Shown: one piece after another, positions 14,701 through 29,700 of the stretch
How positions within the stretch are numbered: the first letter of the stretch is position 1
Layout of the letters: each line of letters begins with the position of its first letter
NCBI GenBank assembly: GCA_051362555.1
Contig: CM120640.1
Location: forward strand, 58,940,788 to 59,004,787
From: Lingula anatina
Taxonomy: Eukaryota > Animalia > Brachiopoda
Length of the DNA stretch: 64,000 nucleotides
Direction: 5' to 3'
Made by a program: the position numbers and the translations under genes
Notes under the pieces: model-generated
Seen by the model: the letters and a program-made list of their open reading frames with translations, nothing else
Database searches by the model: none
Told to the model about the DNA's origin: nothing

Positions 14701-17700
14701 GGCTGCGTTTCGCAACTGCTTCAATATAATACATTCCCAACTGATCTGCTGACAATGTGCTTTGTTATACTAAAACCACTGTGCATCAGAATCCCTTCTA
14801 CTAAGCAGTTAGGTTATAAACCTGCATTAATTCACAACAGTATCACCTTCTACAGTATCGCCATCCATTTCCTATTCAATTTCGATGACCTACCACTGAT
14901 TTGAGCACCACATGAACTGTGCAAAATCTATACTACACCTGAGCCGTCCAAATAGAAGGTTTTGTTTCTGGATTAACACCATTGGACAAAACTCATGATT
15001 TTGCACTCATTAGTGATTTGTAAACTAGAAGTTATTATGGTTAGATAAGCAATATAAACTACTGTTGCTTATTCTACATATCCATTTGTTTAATGACTGG
15101 TGCAGAATAATCCAAAAGCAAGCTGTCTGTATATAATTAAAACAATGTCATTAAGGTAATGTAAATTGATCAGAGGGTAAACATGAAACAATATTTAAAG
15201 TTCCAGAGACTGAGTATAGCTATAAAACACAAGGTTAAAATAATCTTACATGCTCTCAAACTATATATTTATCTTTCCTCATTAGATGTTGGAACAGCAT
15301 AACTATGATGACAAAAAATTTCAGTGTGAGTCTAATAACCCAAGCACAATTCCTTTGCAAATATTCTCATGGGGATTATCCAACAAAAGTGTCATTCCTA
15401 AAGCAAAAAGTAAACCAGATCTGTGGATATAAATCACAAAGCGAAAGGCAATATATCAGCTGATGTGTAATTTTCTGTAACTCCTTCTCCAAGTGCTATG
15501 ATTTTGGCCTCCATACAGGCCATTTAACATGACACATTTTGTCAACATGTCTGATAGGATCACTTCTGCTGACAGGAATCTTGATAAAAAAGTAACATTT
15601 GTCAACAAAGATTATATATGGGTGCTAGCTTCCCTGGCTATTAATCAAAATTTCGCACAAACAAGCTGCAATCAGAGCTATGTTATTCTCCCCTATAGTG
15701 ATGCAACTTGAATTTTTCACCTTTTTTCTATTTTTTGGCATATTTCCAATAGGGGAAAGCTTGGACCTTAAAACTTTTTTAACCAAAAAAGAATGATGAA
15801 GATTATAAGAATTTTTCATTCTTTTTTTCATTTCCACACACATATTTTGAAAGGATTTTAAAGCTGCGTAACATAACAAAACAGCTGAAGAGTTTTTTTC
15901 CCTTTGGCATAAATTTTTGCACATGACTTAAAAAAAATTTTGCATTGCTTGGCAAGACTAGAATTACGTTATTCACACACATACAGACACATTAATTTTT
16001 TTTTTACTGGAACCCACATCTCACAAATCAATCTGATCCATCATGCATGACAGGTGACAGATAAATAACAAAGATTACAAATCTCCATCAAAATGAACAT
16101 AAAAGTTGAAATAAATCTTTGGTCAAATGCTGCATGTATAATCTTGAATTTCACAACATCAGGAAAACATCTTATCTTTTGCAAGGCTATTGCCAGGGTA
16201 GTGAAGTGTAGGCTTAATTCATCTTTCTCCACCATGATACTGTTTACTACATTAACTCACTGGTTAGGCTAATTACTCTCCAGGTTATCTTGCTAGGCAT
16301 TTGTAATGGGTTCAAAATATTATTGAGCATTCACAGCTACAGAATCATTTTCTTACATGTCTTTCCCATGGATGATAAATAAATAAACTTACAATTTTTT
16401 CTCAAATAAAAATCTGTATTGTAGCTGTTACTGTCAGGCCATAAAGGGACGCTATCCTGATATTGTTCCATAATAAGGACACTGCTAGGACATCTCGGGG
16501 AAGTTGTACACTTTCATCCTTTCAATTGTGATCTTTTCAAACCAACTTTTTCTACCAGCTGAATATTTTCTTTGCCTGTGGTGACATGGATCACCTTGCT
16601 CCCACTGACACTTGATGAACTGGTAACATCACCATAGGCTCTGAGAACAAAAGCACTTCAGTAATCTTTCCACACTCCCAACATGCTAAATGACTATAAT
16701 TTCAAACGCACAGACTTTTGACAAAAAATCCAATTCTGACACTTGTAGCCTGGTGGTTCACATGAAAAGCCACATCTCTAATCTCTATCATTAAAATGCT
16801 ATGTTTAAAAGTTTTTTGGTATTTGCACAACTATATATTTTACCACCAAACTTTTAATACTTATTACAAATAAAATTATCTAAAAAGACCTCCAAGTGAA
16901 AGTCTTAAGTATAACAAATGATCCTTTCTTAAGGATGAAGCTCACAATATAATATTAGAAATCAGTATCAAATCATAAAGTCACCAAACCAGCTATCTGA
17001 GGACATGAGAAGCAATTTGAGACAATAATCACCTGTCATTTCAGTGTAATTTAAGACTATGATCATCCATAACCTGCTAGGGTTGTCAGTTCAACTACAC
17101 TCTTCATATGTCAATGCATGCAATCCTTGTTTAATTTTTTTTTTCATTTCTGTTCTATCTTTGGAAAATGCTTTTGTTATTGCCCTCAAACATGATCAAT
17201 AATATATTATGTCCACGGCAAATTGGATAAGTGATTCATTTTCCTTTAAATTTAGAATTTTGTGTATATGTTATCTGCATATTTTTCATGTGGACATGAT
17301 CAGCTATTCTTGTAATGTTCAATTCAAAACTGACTGTCACATCAAACTTACAGATATAATTGCCAAAACCTGCGCCAGATCATTAGGAATCCTGATATAA
17401 AAAGAAAAAAAAGAGCTTAAATTATGCTCTTCTCTTTGCAAGCCATAAAGGAAAATTTATTATTTCCAAAATCTAATCCTCTTTTCATCCACACAGCTAT
17501 CCTTATGTAGTGTGGCACCTACATTAAGATTTTCATAACCTTTCCTAAAATTTAAACATTCTGGCCTGATTGGCAACTTAGAACATGACACATTGTCCAT
17601 TATCAACTGACACCCATGTCCCTCTGGGAGGTTTGTGAAATATTGTGTTTTCCCACCATACAATACATGCAACACCCCTCCCATACACCTGATTAGTTTT

Positions 17701-20700
17701 AATCCAAAAAAAGTGTAGCAATTATGAATAACACTGTTGGGTCCTTCTGGGTGTGTGTGTTTTCTTTAAACAAGCAATGCTAAGGTCACGTGTAATCTGA
17801 ATTGAAAAAGGTTCATGTTACTTGACAAGCTCTTTACATGTCTACATTCTACCACCTGTAAAATGTGTGTCCTGAAATGTATTTTCCCTAAGGTGCTCTT
17901 GAATATTTGCTTTCTATGCTACTGGCACTACTTACTCCATGTTTTGCATTTCCTCCTTTCCTCTGTGAAGCTGTATATAATAGCACACATTTTTCACATG
18001 AAGTTGAATTTTTTGGTAAAATGCCAAACTTTTTGTTTGAACCAAAGATGAATCCCTCCTATTTCTACCCAGTCATAAAAATCTCAAAATGAAAATCACA
18101 ATGTATCCAGCACACAGAAAACTAAACTTGCCAGTACCAGAACACTCGCAAACCAGCCAATATGATTTGTCCCATTAGTTTTATTCTTTGACATCTTCAA
18201 GATCATACTAGCGTAAACGGGACTCTATTGTGGTAAAAATCTCCCCTTCTCAAAGACGTCATTGTTGGCCTAATGTCTAGTTACCTAAAGTCAATCTTTA
18301 AACAAACTGAAAGCATCAAAGCATACAGACCTGTGCACTTCCTGCAGTCACTGGTTACGTATTCGTAAACAGGTGAGAACACATCTGTAAACAATCGAGA
18401 AAGGCGCAGCCAAAGTGGGCAAACACAGGTGACAAATCAGACTTTTCACCCAGGTCAACTATTTGCTCTGCCTTTAGAAAGTCTACCTTTCCACTTTCCA
18501 CCCAACTAGTTCCTCTGACTGCGTGTGCAACACAATCCCACACATGAGAATCAAGAGCACACAAACGAGCGCATGAGAAGAACAATCAGCACCTCCTCAG
18601 TGGTAACACAACTGACACAGCACATTGATTACCACAACCACTCATGACTGAATCAACTTCATGTAGTCAGTCTATCCTTCTCACCAATCCTGGGTGGTTT
18701 TTATCCTACGTACCCAAGTTGTGTTTTCATATACAAAAATAACAGGACTAGCTCTCAGGTACCAGTAATGACAGAGTCAGATATAATATGCTATGTCTTG
18801 CTAGAACTGATCAACATTTTTTTTTTCAATCTACGTGCAGTGTTATTTTCTACATGCAAAGAAAAAGAAATCAGGGATAAAAGAGAAAACTAGAGTACAA
18901 TAATAGATAATAGAAAAATAGATTACAGCCTAGAAGGACTTGTCCATCTTATCCCAAATCATCAAAGGCAATACTGGTACAATATATACAATGACTAGTT
19001 TTTAGTTTCCACAAAAGCTCAGCAATCCCTTGACCTATCCACAAGCCATTCTATTTTCAGTTTACAGTCTGTTCCTAAAGGCTCACTTAAAACAGCTTCC
19101 TCTATAAAGAGTCTGAAATACAAGGTAAGAAACCCAGCAAAAAGAAAAGCATTATTGCAAACATGAGCCTTTTCAATCTAATCTCCACTCTCATTTTGCC
19201 TGGATTAGACTCTGGTTTCACTGCTGCAGACCCTCTTAGTTTCAGAAGATTATGCTTTACCTTGCATACCTGCCTTGTGCTGGGATCTATGGCTTATAAA
19301 TTAGGTATACAATTTTCTTTTTTCCTTTTCAGTTTTCTTTCTCTAGACGATGACGAACATATCTCCTTTAAATACCCCTGTCCAGTAACTATGTACATGA
19401 ACACACATTAACCAAAATGCCTCACTTCATCCCCTTCACATTCTCAACAAAATACCATTCTTTTCTCTCACATTCGTACACTCTTTTTCATGGTACAAGC
19501 ACATTTTTCTCTTTCAATTATATCACTGGGGCACTGTCACAAGCTTCAACCAAGACCTATTACTTAACTTGTCCATACATTAGAAAAATAGGGGTCATTA
19601 GGGAAAATTGGTCGAGCACATAGGAAAATGTATTTGGTAACTATAATTGGTCCTCCTCATGACTGCCTATTCATTTTTTATGTAAGAGATAGGATTTATG
19701 GTCAAGTAGTTGTGAAAGGTTTATTTCTATGTCAAACCATTATAAACCATATAGATAAGAAAAGAATACTGTGGGATGAACATTTTCACTTACATAGACA
19801 CAGCATGGGACAAAACTGTACAATTTGTCTGTTCACAAAGGAATCTATAAAATGTAAGCTTCATTTCAATTTGAAAACCCTATAATGATGACATTTAAGC
19901 CAACAGAATGCTAGCCAACATAAAACTCCAGGCTGGAAAATGTGAGATAATGAAACCTTATTGAAACAAGTTTATCACAAGTTTAAAAAAGAAATGCCAG
20001 ATCAAAGATATCTGGTATATTTTGAAAAATATATAAATTATGCACAGCAACAGTGGTTTTACATGAAAACCATCTTTTTATTGCTACCTGATAAATATAT
20101 ATTAATTATTCTTATCTGTGCCTAAAGAAATTGGCCTATTTATAAATATTTTCCATTTAATTGAAAAAAAAAACTGATATCCGAATCCCAGGTGGGGGAT
20201 CTACATTCAATTTTAAAAACAAGAACTGCAGCTTATCTTTATTTGGTTAAATGATATCTAAGAAAATAATTTATCAATTGACCCTGAAGCAGCACAATTC
20301 ATTCCTAACTTCTTTCCTACATTCATGGATGGCACTTAATTCTTTGAGACTTTCATGATGCCTTTATATGCAGCACAATCTAAAAATGTTCAAAGGCAAA
20401 ATAAATAAATTTTTGAAAAACCTACTGTAACCCACCTATTATCTATGAATAAACTCCATTCTGGAGAGCAAATTCCACTAGCTGCAGCATATTGTAAAAC
20501 CCATGGTGACTTTCATGTATGTACATCCAGATTGACTACAGTGAGACTGAATAAAACGACACTGCTACCCGTGCCTTTCCCAAATTCTATTCTCAACTCA
20601 ATGCATACTTCCAATAATTCCGACTCCCACAACAATCTGCCCATCAAAACAGCAAATCACGTCTCAATCTTTGATCAAACGACAGCGCAACCACAATGTC

Positions 20701-23700
20701 AAGGAAGAGCGAATCTTTTTTATTTGGCAAGCGCGTAACTCTTTGAATGAGATTTTCTGCCACATTGCTTTCCTGTGCTTTTAATTCCAAAGCAAATATG
20801 GGAGATCAGATTATGTGGAACCCTATGACTTTTTTCCATTGTATTGTGTAACAAGCTTGAGGCTAGTGCCAGCTTCTCTTTACCTCCTGAAACGAAGCTG
20901 GAATGCTGATTTCTTATTTCTCAATGAAGCTAGGGCATCATTTGTGTGGCCATAGTGGTGTGATTTTCAACATATCACATGATCAAACGAACAAGCAAAG
21001 AACTGTAATATGAACTGGGTTTTATTGTGAAAAAATACTTCCTGTCAATCTTTATATAGATAAACGAGCTTTTGTGAACCCTATAATGAACTTGCATGAC
21101 AGAAGAAAGCCCATTTTAAATTCAATTTAAAAGGTTTTCTAAATTCCAGATTTCAAAGTAAGATGCTTCAAGATGATAAATGCTGTGTTTCAAATTTTGA
21201 CTACAAATGATTTCAACTCTATGCCTGCCTCAAATTGTGATAGAAATATTCCAGACATCTCTGAGTAAATGTGGACTTGGATTGATTGCAGATATCTTCA
21301 TAATTCTTAGATATCACTTACAAGAAGCATGCTTACATGTCCCCACCCCAACATTTAAACAGAACTGAAGGACTTACTTCTGTTCACCTGCCTGCTTCAG
21401 CAATCCAGATAATAATGGCTCAGACTTTAATACCACCTTTATATGCACAGTGATACAGAACTTGCTATAAAAACATACCGTTTGTAAGAAGTGGGTAGGC
21501 ATTCATCAAACTCATTTATTACCAGATCTAAGGAGATCTCACACTTTTTCTATTATGCAGGGAATAAAGCCAGAACCAATTTCAAGAGTGAGGAGATTAG
21601 CCTTTCTAGAGAATCAACACCAAGACAAAATCATCCTCCACTTAGGTGACCGATTAAACTGATTAAATTCCTTTTTTATGTATCTTGCACTGGGTTAAGG
21701 ACATAGGAAGTGTTGCTCTCCCATCATACTGCTTGGAGACAGGATGATTCGGAGGAGGGCTAGGGGGCACATCTGGCATCGTGGTAGCTATTTATCATAA
21801 ATAAAAATTCCTTGGTACTTCACTAGCTTTGAAATCCTCATCTTGTATTGATTAAGTGTTTATTGCCATGGTAAGTAGACTGCATTTCTCTGACTTATGG
21901 CAAAAGTCAAGAATTGAGATAACACTTCTCTTCACAACTAGCATCAACTTTTTCTTTATGGCCAATTATTACCTTTCTGCAATTTGATTATCTAATATTC
22001 TGAACTGGTTTCAAAGACAGTCAAACTTATGGTAAAGAAGCATCAGCAAAGAAGCAAACACAAAGTATAAGGACAAGAAGAATATGGTATGGGTATTAGT
22101 CCTGCTTTATGATATTGTAAAAGTATTTAAAATAATAAAAATATAAAATAAATTTAACAACTTACCCGAAGAGTGAGCATGGAAGACAGAGACAGCAGGG
22201 CCTCAGCACCACTAAACAACAGAATATGATCTTCTCTGCTTTGAGATGTAAATTTTCTAAAACACAAAATGACATTGAAAATATACATATGAACTGAAAC
22301 ACCATGATGCAAAAAATGATTGTTATATAATCTAATTACAAATTCTTCTTGACAAAACCTAACAAAATTGCCACACAAAATTTAATCAAAGCATTTGGTG
22401 GTACAAAATTGGTTTAAAGTTGATTCTTTTATAAGTGTTATGTAAGTATATTCACTGTAATAAAGCAAATATTAGATAACATCAATCTAAAAATCACCTT
22501 CCTTTTCTATGCACAATTTATATCCATAGACAGACCCCTTTCAGGTTTTCAAAAGAAAAATTAGCAGTTGTGTTTGGATGTGCTGCAGCAATGAACACCT
22601 ATCACATTCTGTTCAAAATTGAGTGCCAGCTTTAACTCAGCACTTGGACGAATGATCTATTATCCACCCAAGCTCAGCAATAAAACAAATAAAGTATTTA
22701 TAGGTCTGAACATCACTGTGTCAGGTGTATTAAACACATATTTGAGGCAATCATAATTTAGATGTGCTGCACACTGTTCATGTCAGAAAACAGCCAGAGC
22801 AGAGGTAACTGTTTCCAGATGTCTTTCTTTAAAATGGCCTGCTTATGGTCAGAATTTCCATCATCTTAAATCTTATAATTTCTGTTTAAAATCGCCTGTG
22901 TCAATGCTAAAAGACACAATACCTGCTTTATAAGTAAAGAAATACTGGGCAGCTACCCTCTGTGAGGGGAAGATGCAAAGAATGCATTCTACTGTTCATT
23001 CAGATTAAACCAAAGTGAGAAAATGGTCCTAAAATGACCATTCTATAATTCATGATGTATATTTTCTACAAAAAAAAACAAAAAAAACATGAATACTATG
23101 AACATTGTACAATTTCTTCTATAACACCATCTCTGTGAACTTTAAATCCGAAATAAACCTTATGTTTGCCTTTTGCAAAATGGCATGCAATAAAGTTTTT
23201 TAGCTGCCTCAAGTGTTTATAGTTACAACTTGACATGGATTGAGCTCAGACAAGAAGCTGTGAAGTGGCAATCATATAACACCTGTGACAAGAAAACATG
23301 GAGTTTGTAAATGTCTCTAATGTGAATCTATTATCTTCAAATGGTATTTATACAGATGGTATATAGATGTAACCTTTAGAGCAAGGCAGCATTTTGATCA
23401 AAAAGCAATAAAAAAAGTGTTCATATTTAATACTGCCTTATAAATATTTGTAACCACACCCAATATTTCAATCAAAGTATTTCCAATAAAAAGTTTATGA
23501 TTAAGAAGTTCTTTTTACAATAACTTATAAATAGCATTTTAAAAGTACTGGCCAAGAACAAATATTAACTTAAACACTGAGTTTGTGGCCCTATATGGTG
23601 CTGCCTATACTTGCTTGGTACCTGAGAGGTTCAGCATATACTTCAAAGATGCTTTTCAGTGCGAGCTGGTAGATGCGCTCACTTTGCAGTAAGTTATACA

Positions 23701-26700
23701 CTGTCTGGTAGCGGTGGTCTGCTGAAAACCAAATACAAGAAAAATCAAGAGAATATTTCAGAACATGCATTGATTGCAGACCTGCAGTTTTCTTTTAATA
23801 ACAACATTAACCATACACACTACAATACCAAACTCTCTTCCTTAACTAGAGGATCAGAGAGGCGATACCGCCTCCAAATATTGTACCACCAGCTGGAGCA
23901 AACGCATTCGTATAGACCCCCACATACACAAAATAAGGGACACAGCCACCAGTTTTGTGCTTGACAAGCTGTAAAAATGCAATCAACAAGAATTTTTAAA
24001 CTATTGCAAAAAATATATATGGTACAATCAAATTTAAGTTCTTCGTAAGGTAGGTCAAGGGTCAATTTCAAGGTCACAGTAAATTGCCAGTATATGACTT
24101 CCTTTTCAAGTTCAATAGTAACTATGGACCTATCTCAGCCAGTTTTGGAGATAAAAGGGAAGAAAAGTTTGCAAAGTTCAGTTCATGGTGAAAAGTAGGT
24201 CAAAGGTCAATTTCAAGGTCACATTTAGATTGCCAGTATATGACTTCCTATTCAACTTCAATAGTAACTATGGACCTATCTCTGCCAGTTTTGGAGATAA
24301 AAGGGAAGCAAAATTTGCAAAGTTCAGTTCATGGTGAAAAGTAGGTCAAAGGTCAATTTTAAGGTCACATTTAGATTGCCAGTATAGGACTTCCTATTCA
24401 AGTTCAATAGTAACTACGGACCTATCTCAGCCAGTTTTGGAGATAAAAGGAAAGCAAAATTTGCAAAATTCAGTTCATGGTGTAAAATAGGTCAAAGGTC
24501 AATTTTAAGGTCACATTTAGATTGCCAGTATATGACTTCCTATTCAACTTCAATAGTAACTATGGACCTATCTCTGCCAGTTTTGGAGATAAAAGGGAAG
24601 AAAAATTTGCAAAGTTCAGTTCATGGTGAAAAGTAGGTCAAAGGTCAATTTTAAGGTCACATTTAGATTGCCAGTATATGACTTCCTATTCAACTTCAAT
24701 AGTAACTATGGACCTATCTCTGCCAGTTTTGGAGATAAAAGGGAAGCAAATTTTGCAAAGTTCAGTTCATGGTGAAAAGTAGGTCAAAGGTCAATTTTAA
24801 GGTCACATTTAGATTGCCAGTATATGACTTCCTATTCAAGTTCAATAGTAACTATGGACCTATCTCAGCCAGTTTTGGAGATAAAAGGGAAGCAAAATTT
24901 GCAAAGTTCAGTTTATGGTGAAAAGTAGGTCAAAGGTCAATTTTAAGGTCACATTTAGATTGCCAGTATAGGACTTCCTATTCAAGTTCAATAGTAACTA
25001 CGGACCTATCTCAGCCAGTTTTGGAGATAAAAGGAAAGCAAAATTTGCAAAATTCAGTTCATGGTGTAAAATAGGTCAAAGGTCAATTTTAAGGTCACAT
25101 TTAGATTGCCAGTATATGACTTCCTATTCAACTTCAATAGTAACTATGGACCTATCTCTGCCAGTTTTGGAGATAAAAGGGAAGCAATATTTGCAAAGTT
25201 CAGTTCATGGTGAAAAGTAGGTCAAAGGTCAATTTTAAGGTCACATTTAGATTGCCAGTATATGACTTCCTATTCAAGTTAATAGTAACTATGGACCTAT
25301 CTCTGCCAGTTTTGGAGATAAAAGGGAAGCAAAATTTGCAAAGTTCAGTTTATGGTGAAAAGTAGGTCAAAGGTCAATTTTAAGGTCACATTTAGATTGC
25401 CAGTATAGGACTTCCTATTCAAGTTCAATAGTAACTACGGACCTATCTCAGCCAGTTTTGGAGATAAAAGGAAAGCAAAATTTGCAAAATTCAGTTCATG
25501 GTGTAAAATAGGTCAAAGGTCAATTTTAAGGTCACATTTAGATTGCCAGTATATGACTTCCTATTCAACTTCAATAGTAACTATGGACCTATCTCTGCCA
25601 GTTTTGGAGATAAAAGGGAAGAAAAATTTGCAAAGTTCAGTTCATGGTGAAAAGTAGGTCAAAGGTCAATTTTAAGGTCACATTTAGATTGCCAGTATAT
25701 GACTTCCTATTCAACTTCAATAGTAACTATGGACCTATCTCTGCCAGTTTTGGAGATAAAAGGGAAGCAAATTTTGCAAAGTTCAGTTCATGGTGAAAAG
25801 TAGGTCAAAGGTCAATTTTAAGGTCACATTTAGATTGCCAGTATATGACTTCCTATTCAAGTTCAATAGTAACTATGGACCTATCTCAGCCAGTTTTGGA
25901 GATAAAAGGGAAGCAAAATTTGCAAAGTTCAGTTTATGGTAAAAAGTAGGTCAAAGGTCAATTTTAAGGTCACATTTAGATTGCCAGTATAGGACTTCCT
26001 ATTCAAGTTCAATAGTAACTACGGACCTATCTCAGCCAGTTTTGGAGATAAAAGGAAAGCAAAATTTGCAAAATTCAGTTCATGGTGTAAAATAGGTCAA
26101 AGGTCAATTTTAAGGTCACATTTAGATTGCCAGTATATGACTTCCTATTCAACTTCAATAGTAACTATGGACCTATCTCTGCCAGTTTTGGAGATATAAG
26201 GGACTAGATGTTATAATTTTGGAGTTACCATAATGTGCCTTAAATTTCGTACAGAAAAAATTAATTAAAATAAAGAAAATGTCATTTTGGTCAAAATCCT
26301 TGAAATAGGAGGTGCTCTGAAGTTTCAGAAGTTCAAATTTGATGAAATAATGTCATTTTTGAACACAAGTTGTCTGCTTTGCCAAGCCTTATGTTTTATT
26401 TTTCCAGAGTTCAAAATTTATTATCCATTACCGTACTGCACATTTTGCTTTTACCACCAATATGTACTTTTTGATACAGCGTAACTCGAAAACCGTATGG
26501 AATACAAAAAAACCGAGACCACCTCCAGTGTTGGGCTTTACATGCTCTACAAAATGCAAAAAAGAATGGGTCTCTAGCATTAACGGTTCCCGAATTAGAG
26601 ACAGTTTTCAGTTTCGGTATCTTATGGCCGCTACTCCCATGAAAATGCACCGATTGACCCCAAATTCATGGAGATGAAAGATGACCTGAAGGGTAACACT

Positions 26701-29700
26701 TTCCAATAATATTATTGGTTAAGTCTGTGTGGTGTCTGAATAACAGGGCAAAAAAAATTTTTTTCGTAAAAAATTTCATTTTTTTGAAAATTTTGGCCCA
26801 TTTGACCTTGAAGTAGAGGTCAAAGGTCAAATCCAAGGGTATATTTGAAATCTACACATATGACTTTTGGAAAGCCGTCTATAGAAATTTTTCCCATAAC
26901 TCCTTCCGTAGGGTAGATAATTAGCATTTAATTTTGCCATTTTTAGACAAGGGTGCATTGCAATGAGTGCCACACCCAGACCCCAATACCGACAAAGCCC
27001 AAATTTTACATGGAACGAGTTGAGATTATAGGTGACCTAAATCCATGAGATGGGTACGGGGGCCCTTACCGTCTAGGAGGAGAAGCGGTAACGGTAGCCG
27101 TCCGGCGGAGCCGGCGGAGCCGGCGGAACGATCCGGACGGGACCGAAACCATGTGTACCGCCAGCGCTAACGCTGGTGGTACAATAAAGGCATATGTTTA
27201 GCATATCCCATCTATGTCAGTCTTCCAGCTACATGAATTAACAGTTTCTCTCTGCTTGTATAAATACATGTGCCTGTTCACACTTCTACATATCCTCCTG
27301 TTCTATATAACATATATAACCTCAAAAAGAAACCGAATCAGGAGTTGCAGTTGTTGTTTTTCTTAGAAATGACATTTCACATGATTCACACACAAAACTG
27401 ACAATGCTACTAATTGTTGTTGTCGACCATCTTATATTTTCATACCGAATTCTATCTATCTGAACACAGATAAGAGAATATACTTCAAAACAAAAAGGAA
27501 ATATACATAACATAACATACTTATATGTCAATTGTGTCATCAGTGCTTGCAAAATACAATATTGCATTTAACTATTGAGGGTCCACAAATCTACATCAGT
27601 CTCGCACAGCTTGGAAACTATCTTCAAAGATGGGTTTGTAGAAACAGTTAGCTACCAGCCTACCTGTCTCTTCTTCAGTCTCTTCTCCTATCAAAAACCT
27701 GAGATTTAGATCTTCTTCATCTTCCTCCTCCTCTTCTTCTTCCTCCACCCCCTCATCATCAGTGGGCTCAAATACTTTATTATCCTCCATATGGCTTCCT
27801 TCCACGGAGGCTGCTGTCAGACTGTCCTCATCAGTGCTAGTGCTCCCCTGTAAAAAATATAAAAATAGACTTATTGTATTGTCATCCATAATGTCAGAAC
27901 ACAAGTGGCTGTCACATGCTCACACTGACAGCAGATGTTCTACAAGTCTGATATAGTCTATTTATTACCTGCTCAGTAAAAAGTTACCTGCATGAAGTCT
28001 TTTGCAACTGCACTTCTTTAAATTACACCATTGGCTTCTATGTTTTGCTTGTCCTCAAACAGTGATGCATATCTAAAAAATATATGCCTACTATGGACTG
28101 AATATGATAATTGTCAAATCTTATCAATCCAGGCAAGCAGACGATAAGGAAACTATGCCATCATGATGCTGATGTGTAGGCTAACTTCACAGTGAATAAG
28201 GCAAATCTCACTCATTCAGACCTGTGCTAAGTTGGAATTTCTGTTTCATTATGTTAATGATGCAACCTATTTCTCTTCAAACCTAAAACTAACATCTTTA
28301 AAGAAAGGTAGAATAACTACGGCATTGAGATTGTTTCACTTATACATATAATCTGCTGGAATATATTTAACTGAGAGACTGTGTGCACAATCCTATCCAA
28401 AGAACAATAACCCAAATCTTTTCAAGCAGTAATGTATATCTCAATTAAAACAAAACCTTTTTAATATAAACAATAATTATAAATATATATATTATTAATA
28501 TGAGGTGTTATTCATGAAAGAATATGTTCCTGTCTTATAGCATCTTTCATAAAAGAACCCCCTGATAGAAGAGATCAGCTTGCTCACATGCAGGAGCTCT
28601 TCCTTTGATCTCTCTACCAATATTTCTTCATCAAATTTAATTTTCTTCAACAAATGTAGTCTCATCTTAGTTTTTGTTTCAATAACTTCAGCACTTACAT
28701 CAGACTGGGTAACATGTTTCCCTATTTTAACTTCTTTCTTGTTATTCTTGCTTGATTTGCTCAACTTTCTCCTTCTGTTTAATGTGAATACTAGTAGCTA
28801 CTTCTGCATATGCAAATTAATATACATGTGATACAGAGACATAAAACAGACTTCTTTAACCCTATTTATAAATAACCGTAACTATGTCACTATTATATAT
28901 TCATATTCCTAAAGCAATCTACTTAGCGAGCATCAGGTAAATATATGTCAGCAAAAATGTTTATAATCTGAAGAATATAAAGACACAAAACAAAAGTAAA
29001 TGCTAGTTACTTGACCCTACTTTAGCTCCTACTTGACCCTTCAGCCAACTGAAAATGCTATCAGTAAATAGAAACTTTGCCAAACTTACTCAAGTAAATC
29101 TAGTACCCTAAGATGTATGCAAATATCAATGAATAAATCACTGAAGTAATCTCTTCACTTCTCAAGTCCTAACTGCCATTAAGTTTTATGCTTCTTTACC
29201 TCTTCCTTAACTCATCATGTATGATGGGTCTAAGTTGAGTTACCTCGCATAAAATTTCAAATATAAATACTTTACTTTCAAATAAAACTCATGGCTTCTT
29301 ATGTTGCGATGTTGAATGAAAAAATAGATCTCTCACTTAAAGCAAAAGATGGATATGCAGCAACAGTTTTGTGATTGATTAGCACTACATACATGTCTTA
29401 AATATGCCATGTTTAAAATACTTAAGGTGAGTTCCTTATAAAAAATTAGAATTCTGGCTCAAGCCATGAATAGAGTAGATCAAAGCTAATTTTTACTGGC
29501 TAAATATGTTAATGGATTTGCTTTGGATCAACAAAAATTTACAAGTGATCTAAAAGTTGCATTTGCTATTGTTTTTTTTTTTTTTGTTTGTTTTTTTTTT
29601 TTTTTTGATGACTGAAAAATATTACAAATTGATGAAAATTGAGAATTATATGTATTCTAGTTAAACAATATATCAAGAAGACCATATTTAAGCTCACATC

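Noticed and set aside
14424-14904. Cluster of ORFs with a minus-strand donor at ~14427
   Set aside because: The DH exons at 22166 and 12437 join cleanly without it, and the translations show no recognisable motif.
24050-26200. CRISPR-like array or coding repeat
   Set aside because: Units are contiguous with no unique spacers and contain stop codons; eukaryotic context, no cas genes.
26287-26677. Duplicated ORFs (also 50254-50644, 23820-24077, 48342-48626, 62058-62513, 63149-63619) as transposase or captured genes
   Set aside because: Short, with no recognisable Rep, helicase or DDE motifs; they recur only because the non-coding element is repeated.
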